Source: Trypanosoma brucei
Lineage: Eukaryota
Length of the DNA: 64,000 nucleotides
Direction: 5' to 3'
Assembly (NCBI GenBank): GCA_000002445.1
Contig: CP000070.1
Coordinates: 672,001-736,000 of the forward strand
Every line of letters starts with the position of its first letter. Positions within the stretch are counted from its first letter, which is position 1. This document shows, piece after piece, positions 1 to 10,348 of the stretch. The notes below the pieces were generated by a model. That model saw only the letters and a program-made list of their open reading frames with translations, ran no database searches and was not told the origin of the DNA. The position numbers and the translations under genes were made by a program.

Positions 1-311
1 TTTCGGCCATCAGCGCAGGCGCTGGCGTACGCTGAAAGAATAAGTTGTTGCTGCTGGTAAAGTGTCAGATCCTCCACGCATGGGTTTACTCGTACGCGTT
101 TGAGGTAACCAGCAGGGGTTGTGACAACTTCTACGCGGCCACCCCACTCGCGCCCCACGACCTCCATGCGATCAAATCGTATCTGGTACTCATACTTGTT
201 ATTGTATACAAAGGCCAATATTCGATGGAACTGACGTTCCGACATGAGTCTACCATGGTGCGCCCAAAGCGCGCCACGCACCCGCTCAGTGATACGACGG
301 TACACTTCCAT
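1..311 (-). CDS. Hypothetical protein, 5' (N-terminal) part only; gene runs off the window start
   Basis: Reverse-strand reading frame opens with ATG at 309-311 (stop just upstream at 378-380) and stays open to position 1 for about 103 codons with an ordinary amino-acid composition (MEVYRRITERVRGALW...). Same strand as the surrounding transcription unit. Absent from the ORF track because it has no stop inside the window. No family recognised. Confidence 0.3.
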   Translation of the reverse strand, partial: MEVYRRITERVRGALWAHHGRLMSERQFHRILAFVYNNKYEYQIRFDRMEVVGREWGGRVEVVTTPAGYLKRVRVNPCVEDLTLYQQQQLILSAYASACADGR

Positions 312-682
312 ACGATATGAAGTGTACTTCAAACTGGTTTCCCTCGTTTATTTACTAACTCACTCAACGGTTCACTTTAGCTGACGCTATTATTTGGTTG
401 GGCAGGGAACCTGCCACGGTGGTATCAGTGCACTCGCAGCAGATTAACAAATAAATGACTACCTGCAGAGGCACCAGATGCGTACGCGGCCGACTTCCAA
501 GGTTGTACGAGAAGATAATAACAGTAACAATATAAAATATCAGGGAGCTAATTAAATGATTAGAGAGCATAGAAAAAAATATGTGAACACAGAGGAGGGA
601 TGTGGGCGACGGGGAAGAAGAGAATAATCGAAGGCGACGGTATACACGGCAAAAACGTTACAACATGCACCAATAAAGCCAA

Positions 683-3448
683 CTACCGACCCTTGACTCG
701 AGGAGTTGGCCAGTACGTCTCACGCTCGCCGTAGTGCTTCCACAACCCCACTGGCATGGAGCGGTACGATATTTTAGATGTGCTGTTGAGATGCATTTGC
801 TGCTGGGAGCGAAGAGTTTTCGTGTGGCGGGTCTCATTCATATACTTTGCAGCTGTTACCTCACCTTCAAATTCCTCAAACTTCTCCGTCACACGCCCAC
901 AGTTGCGGAGATATGCTTCACACTCTTTCTTGGTCATCCCCCTCATCGCTGCATCCTGCTTCACACGCTCAGTCCTTCTCTTTAGCACTTCCAAAGCTGC
1001 CCAGGGTGCGGTGGGTCGCGCAGCAACCGCCTGGCGCATGTACGTGTGCGCTTCCCATTGTGCACGGCGGCCCGCCACGTCGTCACATGCGGCAGAAATC
1101 AGCGATGGGCCGAACTTCTTCCCCGCCTTGTACTCAGCAACTCGGCCGTCTGACTCCTCAGCAAAAAACTTGGTCCCTGATCCTTTTTGAAGGCGCGCGC
1201 GCCAGCGTGCTTCCTTCGCCTGTTCGCGTTTGCTCCTCGGTTTTTGCGTCTCGCGTTGCGCGTACTGGTCAATAAGGTTCAGGAAGCGAGACACACCACC
1301 TTTTGATGAAGCAGGTAGCGTGCGATTTCCACCACCGTTCGTGTTCCCCGCGCCAATTACCGCCGACAGTTCAGTTGTCCTACCCGGAGCTGCACCACCA
1401 TCACCATTGCCTGGCCCATGCCCAACTCCCAACTGTGCACCATGGTTAGCCACATCCACAGGGCCTCCAACATAACTCGTGCCCCCTACTTCTAGATCGA
1501 TTACCTTTCCTTTCAGAGCTGAATCACGATCGAATTCTCGAAGTTGGGCATCAGTTTGATCCGGAGTGCCGTCAACGTAGGTTAACTCAAGTGTTGAAGT
1601 GTCAGGTCGCTCCAAACCGGTGTTTAGTCGGAAGACGCCGTAGGCGCTTGCGTGTCGTTGAAGTGGATGCGCGCGCCGCCATGCAAGGAACCTTTCTCGC
1701 CGCTTTAATTTGGAGTCCCCTCTAGATTTACCAATATGAGGTGCATCATCATCGTTTTGAAAGGTCAGAAGGGGCTCATCGGCCATTGAATCCGATACAG
1801 GAGTCGGTACCGCCTCAACGGTGCCTTCCTCATCACAGTCTAACGAAAGAACGAACTTCCGCTCCTTTGCAGATGGTTTTGTATGAAGTGGAGGCTGAGG
1901 TGGGGGATGCGGGGATGCAGTCGAGGGCACTAAACTAAGCCCTGGTGCCTTAGCGTCCTTTCCAGCCACTTCCCTCGCGCTTCTGGTAGATTCAAAATAA
2001 GCCTTCGCCATCCGCGCCTCTAAGCATCGAGCTTCACGAATTCTCTCCTCCTCCTTTTCGAGTCCTAGCCGCATCTCAGCATCCGCTTTGGCTTTAAGAA
2101 TTTTTCGAAGTCTGTCACCAGGAATAAGTCCAGAAGTTTCAGCAATAAGTCCTCGCAGCATTTCAATATTAGTCCCATCATTTGCAGAGGTAGGAATAAT
2201 AAACGGAAACACCTTGCGATACTTTCGGCGATTCTTGGTGATGACACTGTAAATCTGCCGCATGACAGAGCACACGCGCGAATGGGGCACGGAATCGCAT
2301 TTCGTTAACACGACAAAAAACACTCCATGAAGATTTTCCAACCATGTAAAGTAACGCAAATCCACCTTAGTAAGTCCTCGTTCGCAGTCAATGCAGAGCA
2401 GAAGCGTATTCACCGAACGTCTCACACCGAGATACGCATCTGTCAACTCAATTGCCTTATCACGCCACTGCTCAGACATCCCCTCCAGACCAAACCCCGG
2501 AACATCAACAAAAGTGAGTTGAAGGCCTCCACCCGGTAACTTCACGAGACCGTTACCCTTCACGTTTAGATACCGCTGCATCTGCTCTGGGGAAACGCTC
2601 TGATAGAAGGAAAGTTTCCGCGTCGTGTTGGGTGTGCTGCTTGTCTTCGCTACTTGTTGACCGAGGAGCGCATTCAACAGGCTCGACTTCCCAGCGCAAG
2701 CCTTGCCAACAAGGACAATTTCCTGATACAAGTCGTTGATCTCAAAGAAAAAGGTATGCTGATCGTAAAGAGTGGTCCGGCGTCGCCCACACCTCCGCTG
2801 CTCCACAGAGGTAGCTGTCGAATGCCCTGCGGAACCGCCTTCTTCATCGTCGCGATACATACCTGCCTGCTTAACCAAAGAATAATGTTGCCCCAACATC
2901 ACCTTATTCCCTAGGCTTATAGCCTCTTCTGTTATCCTCCCGAAACTAAGAGGCGGAGCCGGTACTAATTTGCCGTTGTATGTGTAGTCCGAAGGATCCG
3001 GGTGAGTCACTTGATAAAGTACACGTCGCCGCTTCTCAACAAGCCGTTCCCGGGCCTCCTTAAAGGCGTCAGTCACCAAATCGATAACGTCAGTGCCTAT
3101 ACCCCGAGTTGCCGGGTGATGCTCACCAAACTTCATACGTTTACCAGCGGCAGACACTTCTTGCAATTGTCGTCCGTGAGAAGGATCCAAAACAATGTCG
3201 TCGTCTGTGGTGTCTGGAACAGTGCAAAGTACATCGCTGGCGCAGCCACTATCGGCATCCATAAGAGCAAGTCGTGCGCCATTCGGATCCCTTCGTTTGG
3301 AGGATGCCAGAAGCGCGTCACCATCCATCACCTTCCTTGTGTCTGACTGCTGTTGCGTGTAGCGAGGTCGGCTGCGCAGCGGCATTCGGCCTAAGAGATC
3401 GAATGCAGCGGATGGACCGCACCGCCGTAGTGGAGTTAGCCATGGCAT
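683..3448 (-). CDS. Large GTP-binding protein with an EngB/YihA-type G domain (921 aa) and long N- and C-terminal extensions
   Basis: ATG start confirmed (cat at 3446-3448). G1 P-loop VLVGKACAGKSSLLNAL, G3 FVDVPGFG, G4 LTKCDS and a G5-like SAND follow in canonical order around residues 235-400. The C-terminal half is Gly/charge-rich low complexity. Confidence 0.75.
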   Translation of the reverse strand: MPWLTPLRRCGPSAAFDLLGRMPLRSRPRYTQQQSDTRKVMDGDALLASSKRRDPNGARLALMDADSGCASDVLCTVPDTTDDDIVLDPSHGRQLQEVSAAGKRMKFGEHHPATRGIGTDVIDLVTDAFKEARERLVEKRRRVLYQVTHPDPSDYTYNGKLVPAPPLSFGRITEEAISLGNKVMLGQHYSLVKQAGMYRDDEEGGSAGHSTATSVEQRRCGRRRTTLYDQHTFFFEINDLYQEIVLVGKACAGKSSLLNALLGQQVAKTSSTPNTTRKLSFYQSVSPEQMQRYLNVKGNGLVKLPGGGLQLTFVDVPGFGLEGMSEQWRDKAIELTDAYLGVRRSVNTLLLCIDCERGLTKVDLRYFTWLENLHGVFFVVLTKCDSVPHSRVCSVMRQIYSVITKNRRKYRKVFPFIIPTSANDGTNIEMLRGLIAETSGLIPGDRLRKILKAKADAEMRLGLEKEEERIREARCLEARMAKAYFESTRSAREVAGKDAKAPGLSLVPSTASPHPPPQPPLHTKPSAKERKFVLSLDCDEEGTVEAVPTPVSDSMADEPLLTFQNDDDAPHIGKSRGDSKLKRRERFLAWRRAHPLQRHASAYGVFRLNTGLERPDTSTLELTYVDGTPDQTDAQLREFDRDSALKGKVIDLEVGGTSYVGGPVDVANHGAQLGVGHGPGNGDGGAAPGRTTELSAVIGAGNTNGGGNRTLPASSKGGVSRFLNLIDQYAQRETQKPRSKREQAKEARWRARLQKGSGTKFFAEESDGRVAEYKAGKKFGPSLISAACDDVAGRRAQWEAHTYMRQAVAARPTAPWAALEVLKRRTERVKQDAAMRGMTKKECEAYLRNCGRVTEKFEEFEGEVTAAKYMNETRHTKTLRSQQQMHLNSTSKISYRSMPVGLWKHYGERETYWPTPRVKGR

Positions 3449-4176
3449 GCAACTTTACGTTTGTGCAAAAGTGCAATTGTAGGGAGGAGAGAGAAGGCAA
3501 AACGAAAAGAAAGTGCGCAATAACAATGAATGAAGCGACTCGACACTGCAAAATGGGGTTGTCCCTGCTATAAACAAGCAACCACACATGTCATGAGGTC
3601 AATTTAACAACCAAGGCGAAAAGAGCAGCAAAAACCTTCTTCCTCTCCTTTCTGCATTTGACGGCTTTTTCAAATGAAAATAAATGCGTTAAAAAAACAA
3701 CAAATCGGTTTACTAAAGCCCTACACATACAACATCTTTTGATTTGGCGAATCTTTATTTCCTCTTATTCCTTTCTTTGACTTTCCCTACAACAAATAAC
3801 AAACATATCGATAGTAGTAAAACAGCTTTTCATAATCTTTAAAATGTACTAGATCCTCCCTCCAACAGGTACAAACATCATTTACTTTTTTTCTGCTTCT
3901 TTCTTAATCAAGATGAACCTCCGGGTTTCTACACCCGCCGGAATCGAAAAAAAAAATGACAATAATAGTCAGTGCATGACACTGAGAGTCACAATAAGCC
4001 TGTTCGTTCGCTTTCGATTCCCCTCACGCCCTCAACACTTCCACAGTTTTGCTCTTCCGTCGCCGTCTCACACAATAGTGGGAAAAGGAGCGTGATACTG
4101 AAATGGTCAAGAATAATACAGGTAAACAAATAATATAGATACCGTGCGTTCGATCAACACACACACAAAAAAAAAA

Positions 4177-4196
4177 TATATATATATATATATATA
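4177..4196. repeat. (TA)n microsatellite following an A-run
   Basis: aaaaaaaaaatatatatatatatatatata seen directly. Typical of trypanosome intergenic DNA. Confidence 0.8.
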
Positions 4197-4955
4197 ACCT
4201 GTGGCAAAAAAAAAATAATAATAAGCGGCTGCAGCGTAGCATCCGTTGGGACCACAACCTTGCACCTACCTTTCGAATGGAATGGCAGCGGGGTGGCCAC
4301 ACTAACTTTCACCTGAGGTTGTAGAAAAAGGGAATGAAGGAGAGTGGGGACAGTTAGGGAAGCCCCCATAATCCCTCATGATAGATTGAAATTACTTGTG
4401 ACGCGACCAGGGGACTAGAGTGACACGGACGTACAAGTATAGAGATCCCCAAACAACACCTCTCAAAATCCCACTGCATATCTCCTCTGGTTGAGTGAAG
4501 AGCTTTTCAACCCCCTCTACCTCAACCATCACGTGACACCGCTTTTCACAGCGGGAGCGGCACTCTCATCCGTATAACATTGATGCCTTCCCCCCACGTA
4601 GTGCATCTGCACTTCTTTGACCGTAACTACGCGGCACGACAGCAGTGCCAAATTACATATGGTTTCAAGCACATGCCACAAAGTAAATAACAAAATCATC
4701 GACGCGTGTTTTGCCTGTATCGTCGCCGTGGTTATCGTAAACTCACGCCCTCCACCTCCGTAAATACATGATCCCATTCTCATCTCAGTTATTTATGTCT
4801 CCCCCGCCCTCAATAACATGTTGGTTCTTCAATTAAGAGACAAAAACAAAAAGTTCATCACATGAAATACACCCTCCTTAACGTAATTAACCTCATACAT
4901 AAAACGAAAGGATATATTTGGCGATGAAAAACTGAACATGGAGCGTAATACGATC

Positions 4956-6317
4956 CTATTTGTCGGCCTCCCGCGCACGGACCCTGATATAGTGAAGAAC
5001 GGTCTGCAGGTCATGCTTCAGCAGCATCAACTCCGAATTTTCGCGTTCGTACTTCTCGCGAGCCTCCGATAGTTCTCCTCTGCTGCTATCGACAGCCACA
5101 TGCTGCTTCTTCAGCGTTTCCAATGTCTCCCGAGAAGCGTGCTTTTGATCAGTCAACAAACGCTTTAACCCTTCAATGTCTCCATTCAACTCCTTCATCT
5201 CATTATTTAAGGCATACCGCTGTTGCACCAACTTACTTTCCATGTCAGCCACGCGTGCCTCACGAATGTCTCTTTCCTTCGTCGTGGTCAACAACTGATC
5301 CTTCACGTGAGTACCACGGCGTAAATGGAACAACTGATCCTTCTGCAGTTGCCGTAGACGTTCACGTTCTCCCTTCGTAGCCTCAATTTCAGCCTTCATC
5401 CCATTAAATATTTCAGCTTTTGCCTTGTCACGAGAGTCGGTGGTAGCGTTCACCTTCACCTCGTGGGCACGATATAAGTCTTGGGCAACACGATTACTTG
5501 AATCAAATGATGCTCTGGCATCCTTCAGACGAGATGGCAAGTCTTTGACATTTACACGCCACCACTCAGGAAGGTCCGTCTCGTTCCTTGCGATGTATCG
5601 TTGGCGCTCTTTCGTCCAGCAGGCTTGTAAATATGAATTCTCCACTGCTGCCTCCAGCTCCTCCACCTCCCGTTCCACATCACCGTCGTAGTAAGAGGAT
5701 ATATCACCAAGATCAATCTGAAGCAATGCGCGCTTCCTGTCATCCTCCAGTTGCTCAGCTTCTCGTCGGAGTTCGATGATATCTTCGTATATGTTCAGGT
5801 TTGGCTGCATCTCTTTCTCATATGCTTCGAATTCCCTCAGCTCCTTCTGCAGCCGAATAATAATCTGCTCCTCGGTTTCTTCCACTTCTTCTTGGGGCAG
5901 CGACTCAGCCGCACTCGAGCACCCCACATTATTGACGTCACCTTCATCCGTTCGCGGGGCCTCCTCCCCCAAAAGTTCACCATTAAGATCCCTTTCCCCT
6001 TCGATTTCATTGCACTGGGGGATGACTTCGACTAACTTCTCAGAAAAGAAATTTGCCTGGTCCTCAGATGCGGCATCACCCAACTCATCGGCGGCAGCTT
6101 CAGTCGCCGTTTCCGCTAGTCCTGACATAGCTCCTGCTGCCAATCCTTCAGCGTCTCCTCCTGCCAGTCCTCCGAGAGCAGCACTTTCCGCCTCATCCTT
6201 CGCCACACCCGTTGATGCGCCCTCACGCAGGCTCGCCAACTTACTCCCAGGTGAGACGGCGGCGTTGGAGCCCGGGCTCCGTGCATTCTTTGCGGAAGAC
6301 AGTGCAGTGGTGCTCAT
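4956..6317 (-). CDS. Coiled-coil protein, paralog 1 of a tandemly duplicated pair (453 aa from the first ATG)
   Basis: Track ORF 4956..6338 starts on GTG; the first ATG is at 6315-6317 (MSTTALSSAKN...). The central block EETEEQIIIRLQKELREFEAYE...NRVAQDLYRAHEVKVNATTDSRDKAKAE and a charged heptad-like C-terminus are shared with the gene at 8735..10348. Confidence 0.7.
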   Translation of the reverse strand: MSTTALSSAKNARSPGSNAAVSPGSKLASLREGASTGVAKDEAESAALGGLAGGDAEGLAAGAMSGLAETATEAAADELGDAASEDQANFFSEKLVEVIPQCNEIEGERDLNGELLGEEAPRTDEGDVNNVGCSSAAESLPQEEVEETEEQIIIRLQKELREFEAYEKEMQPNLNIYEDIIELRREAEQLEDDRKRALLQIDLGDISSYYDGDVEREVEELEAAVENSYLQACWTKERQRYIARNETDLPEWWRVNVKDLPSRLKDARASFDSSNRVAQDLYRAHEVKVNATTDSRDKAKAEIFNGMKAEIEATKGERERLRQLQKDQLFHLRRGTHVKDQLLTTTKERDIREARVADMESKLVQQRYALNNEMKELNGDIEGLKRLLTDQKHASRETLETLKKQHVAVDSSRGELSEAREKYERENSELMLLKHDLQTVLHYIRVRAREADK

Positions 6318-6976
6318 TGCCTCAGACTTTCTTCCCACTTCCTTTAAACACAGTCTATTGCCTTTGCGCTACACCAGTCTTAGTTAGGTATGTGCAATGA
6401 TATCGTAGCCCCCAGTGCGTATCTGGTTTTGCAGTTGAGGGGTCGTTCTCGCTTAGTTGTATTGTTCGCTTGTTAATTGGTCACTTATCACTTTCTAACA
6501 TTGATAAATGGAACCCCAATGGTGAAGCAGTGTGGTACCAGTAAACAAACAACAGAAAAGAGTTGAAAGAAAAGAGGTAACGGAAATTAAAGGGGGAAAA
6601 ACAGAAACATAGAAGGAGACCCCCAAAAAGGGAAGCAGCAAATAACTGCAGCAAACGGACAGGCAGGTGCTAGACAGGCAAGCACCTCCCTCCTCTGGAG
6701 ACGGTTCAACATGGATCACTTACACACATTTTTCCTCTTCGACTTTATCACGCTCAATTCGTTTTGTGCTTTTTCCAGGGGTATAAAGGAAAGGAAAACA
6801 CAAGAAGTGCAGTGTCATCTGAAATTGTCAATATGAAATGAAATCAAAACAACAAAACAAAAAAGAAAGGTAAAGTAAAAGGCAAAGTAAGAAAAAAGAA
6901 AAAAGAAAGAAAAGTGAAGAGAGAGAGAGAAAACGGAACCTTTTTCTTTTTCATTCGGCACTACTCGTAATTCCAA
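4956..6976. repeat. Segmental duplication, copy 1 (gene plus about 640 bp of 5' flank)
   Basis: 6339-6976 is near-identical to 10370-11006. The N-terminal coding region and 5425-5900 are near-identical to 9204-9680. The 3' coding part and the 3' flank have diverged. Period 4031 bp. Confidence 0.9.
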
Positions 6977-8734
6977 GTTCAGCTCCGTTTCCCGCCTAAC
7001 CTCGCTCCACTTGAGCACACTAATAAGCCTTTCCCCTCCTTTTACTTTTCCTTGTTGCTGTTGCTTTTTCGTAGTACATTTGTTAACGTTGTTGCTAACC
7101 TCAATCCCTTTTTTCAAAAGTTTTTTCTGTATAATTTTATTCTTTCGCTATTTTACTTATTTCTTCTTGTTTTCATTGAGTTTTCTGTTATTATGGTTTT
7201 CAGCTCGCTTGTTTGCGCCATCCATCCTCAGTTAGTTACTATTTCTTCACCTTTTATTTTCCCTTCCAGAGACGCAAACAGAAAAAAAACCTCACCCGCA
7301 ATTGCAACTACTGGAGTTGGGATGATTCTTAGTGGTGACAACGGTGGCAGTAACAGAAACCAAGGTAAAAATTTAAAAAGTTTTAATGCACCAGGGAGAA
7401 AACTGTCGGGAATTTCCCCTTGCATTCCTCCTCACTCTTCCCCTACGCAAGCAACAAGAGGAAGAAAAGGGGCAATAATAAAAAAAAGAGAAAGCAGGAC
7501 ATGTGGATAATGATCGAATTCAAAGGAGGGGGAAAGAGAGGAAAAAAGAGGAAAAAAAGAGAGGCAGAGAAAATAGATAACGAAACAAATGGGCAAGACG
7601 GAGTTTGCGGATCCAATTGTAATTCGTTATTTTTTCCCATATTATCTCTTGCCGCAGCCTTAACACTAAACTGCGTATCTGCGTATGCGACGGCACATCT
7701 TATGTTCCCTTTCTTTTTCACACACCCCACACACACACACACGCATGCATACGCGTCTCATTCCACCATAGTTCCGCCTTCCCATACGCGTACACAACCC
7801 AGCGACAGCTCCAAATAGGCAACCTCAAACCTCTCATTACAAACTCGGATTACAAAAGAAAAAAAACAGCGAAAGCAGTCACAAGGACGGTTTCCCGCTT
7901 CCTTTAGCCTCTGTTTGCTTTCTTTCATTCATTCACTTCAAGTCTGCATTTGTCGTACTTTAGTATTGAGTTCGTTCGGTTCCTCTGCTTCGTTGTACAT
8001 GTGAAGAAAGGAACCTACACAAGAACAGGGTTGGAGCCGGTGAAGTAGAAAATTTTTGACAGCAACGGGGGCAAAAAAAAGACGAAAAGGGGGGGAAAAA
8101 GTACAACGACACGCTCCTCAACCACACGTAAGCGGCAGGAACGGGGCAATAACGAGTAAAAAGAAAAAAAGAAAATTGAAACGCCGCACCGCAACGGCCC
8201 TCACACAGAAAAACAATATTTGCCTGTAACCGGTAACCCCCTCACATCTTCACTTACCTCCTTCCATCACCTCCTCCCCTCCATCAGCCAACCACACGCA
8301 TGCCCCACGTAGAGGCGAGAAGAGAGGGACTGAAAGTCCCAACAGTAACAATAATAATGATGGAGAGAAAGGAGAGTAAACAGAAGCGTAATATAACAAA
8401 ACGACAAAAGGGCGATTGTGCACTCCATATGGGGTTCACTTAAGCAATTACGTACACAAGACTTATGTACAAATCATACACTTTTATTTACTGCTTTCAC
8501 AGACCTCATACACCTCCCCCCCCCCCTTCCTCTTCGAGTGCCTTCCTTGACAAAACAGTCTCACTACCCACAAACTTTAAATACATAAACCTTAAAATAT
8601 TAATGCGGTTAGCATAAAGACATGGCCCTTCGCCCCCCACAACACTTGCAATGAAGAAAGGTCCGCATCCATACACACACACACATATATATACGTACAT
8701 AAAGATACCCGTTGCAGGTGTGAGCGGGCGTACC

Positions 8735-10348
8735 TCAGTAGTTGGCTTCACGAGCACGGACACGGATGTAGTGAAGAACGCACTGCAGCTCGTGCTTGAG
8801 CGACATCAAGTCTGAATTCTCCTCCTCGTAATCTTGTCGCGCTTTTCGAACCTCTTCTCCACTTCTTGTGACATCCAACAAATGCTTCCGTAGCTCTTGA
8901 ACGATACTCTCGCCACTGACTTTCGCATCCTTCAGCTCGCGCCGCAACTGAATGAGTTCCATCTCAAGGTCTTTGACTGTACGTTTCAGCTCCACAGAAG
9001 CACCAAAGTGCCTATTCTCCTCACCCACAACTCGGGCCTCCAGAGCATCCTGACGCCTTTTCGACGTCACCTGCAGCTCCTTCACGTGAGTACCACGGCG
9101 TAAGTGGAAACGTTGTTCCTTGTCTATAACCAACAGACGTTCCCGCCGCTGACGCAGCTCGTTCAACTCCGCAGCGATCTCTTGCCGCAGTTCAGCTTTT
9201 GCCTTGTCACGAGAGTCGGTGGTAGCGTTCACCTTCACCTCGTGGGCACGATATAAGTCTTGGGCAACACGATTACTTGAATCAAATGACCTTTTGGCCT
9301 CCCTCAAACGAAATCCCAACTTCATGATATCCACACGCCACCACTCAGGAAGGTCCGTCTCGTTCCTTGCGATGTATCGTTGGCGCTCTTTCGTCCAGCA
9401 GGCTTGTAAATATGAATTCTCCACTGCTGCCTCCAGCTCCTCCACCTCCCGTTCCACATCACCGTCGTAGTAAGAGGATATATCACCAAGATCAATCTGA
9501 AGCAATGCGCGCTTCCTGTCATCCTCCAGTTGCTCAGCTTCTCGTCGGAGTTCGATGACCTCTTCGTACATGTTCAGGTTTGGCTGCATCTCCTCCTCAT
9601 ATGCTTCGAATTCCCTCAGCTCCTCCCGCAGCCGAATAATAATCTGCTCCTCGGTTTCTTCCTCTTCTTCTGGAGCACCCGACGATGGCTGGCGGTCTGA
9701 CCTCCTGCTGCTGTCAAAAAAGTTCTCCCCATGCGCATCAACATCACTCTCACTGAGTTCAAATTCATCGGCACCCCCCTGCCTCCGCTCACTCCTTCTT
9801 CCGCTTTTTGCTTTACTCCTCAATTCACTTGTTACCTCACTTCCCAATTCGCTCCATTCTCCATCACCATCGTCCCGCACACCATACCTCGCCTCGACGC
9901 TTCGCCCACTTTTCCCCGCACTCCTCATCTCGCTGTCGCGCACGCTTTTCCTGTCACTTTTGAGTTCACTTTGTGGTGAAAGCTCGCGAGTGCTTTTCCG
10001 GTCACTTTTGAGTTCGCTGTGTGATATTTCGCGCATACTCTTCCGATCACTTTTGAGTTCACTTTGTGGTGAAACTCCACTCATGCTTTTCCGATCACTT
10101 TTGAGTTCACTTTGTGGTGAAAGCTCGCGAGTGCTTTTCCGGTCACTTTTGAGTTCGCTGTGTGATATTTCGCGCATACTCTTCCGATCACTTTTGAGTT
10201 CACTTTGTGGTGAAAGCTCGCGAGTGCTTTTCCGGTCACTCCTTAATGCGCCCTCACGCAGGCTCACCGACTTACTCCCAGGTGAGACGGCGGCGTTGGA
10301 GCCCGGGCTCCGTGCATTCTTTGCGGAAGACAGTGCAGTGGTGCTCAT
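8735..10348 (-). CDS. Coiled-coil protein, paralog 2, with an internal 15/16-aa tandem repeat array (537 aa from the first ATG)
   Basis: Same N-terminus and central domain as paralog 1. Residues about 40-140 carry at least 6 tandem units SELKSDRKS(T/M)RE(L/I)S(PQ/H). C-terminus LKHELQCVLHYIRVRAREANY versus LKHDLQTVLHYIRVRAREADK in paralog 1. Confidence 0.7.
   Translation of the reverse strand: MSTTALSSAKNARSPGSNAAVSPGSKSVSLREGALRSDRKSTRELSPQSELKSDRKSMREISHSELKSDRKSTRELSPQSELKSDRKSMSGVSPQSELKSDRKSMREISHSELKSDRKSTRELSPQSELKSDRKSVRDSEMRSAGKSGRSVEARYGVRDDGDGEWSELGSEVTSELRSKAKSGRRSERRQGGADEFELSESDVDAHGENFFDSSRRSDRQPSSGAPEEEEETEEQIIIRLREELREFEAYEEEMQPNLNMYEEVIELRREAEQLEDDRKRALLQIDLGDISSYYDGDVEREVEELEAAVENSYLQACWTKERQRYIARNETDLPEWWRVDIMKLGFRLREAKRSFDSSNRVAQDLYRAHEVKVNATTDSRDKAKAELRQEIAAELNELRQRRERLLVIDKEQRFHLRRGTHVKELQVTSKRRQDALEARVVGEENRHFGASVELKRTVKDLEMELIQLRRELKDAKVSGESIVQELRKHLLDVTRSGEEVRKARQDYEEENSDLMSLKHELQCVLHYIRVRAREANY
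9950..10245 (-). repeat. In-frame tandem repeat of 45-48 nt units (about 6.5 copies) inside paralog 2
   Basis: Plus strand shows repeated cacttttgagttcactttgtggtgaaagctcgcgagtgcttttccggt / cacttttgagttcgctgtgtgatatttcgcgcatactcttccgat units, alternating two subtypes. Confidence 0.85.

Noticed and set aside
45-320. 91-aa plus-strand ORF at the window start
   Set aside because: It overlaps the better-supported minus-strand partial CDS (1..311) and lies on the non-coding strand of this transcription unit.
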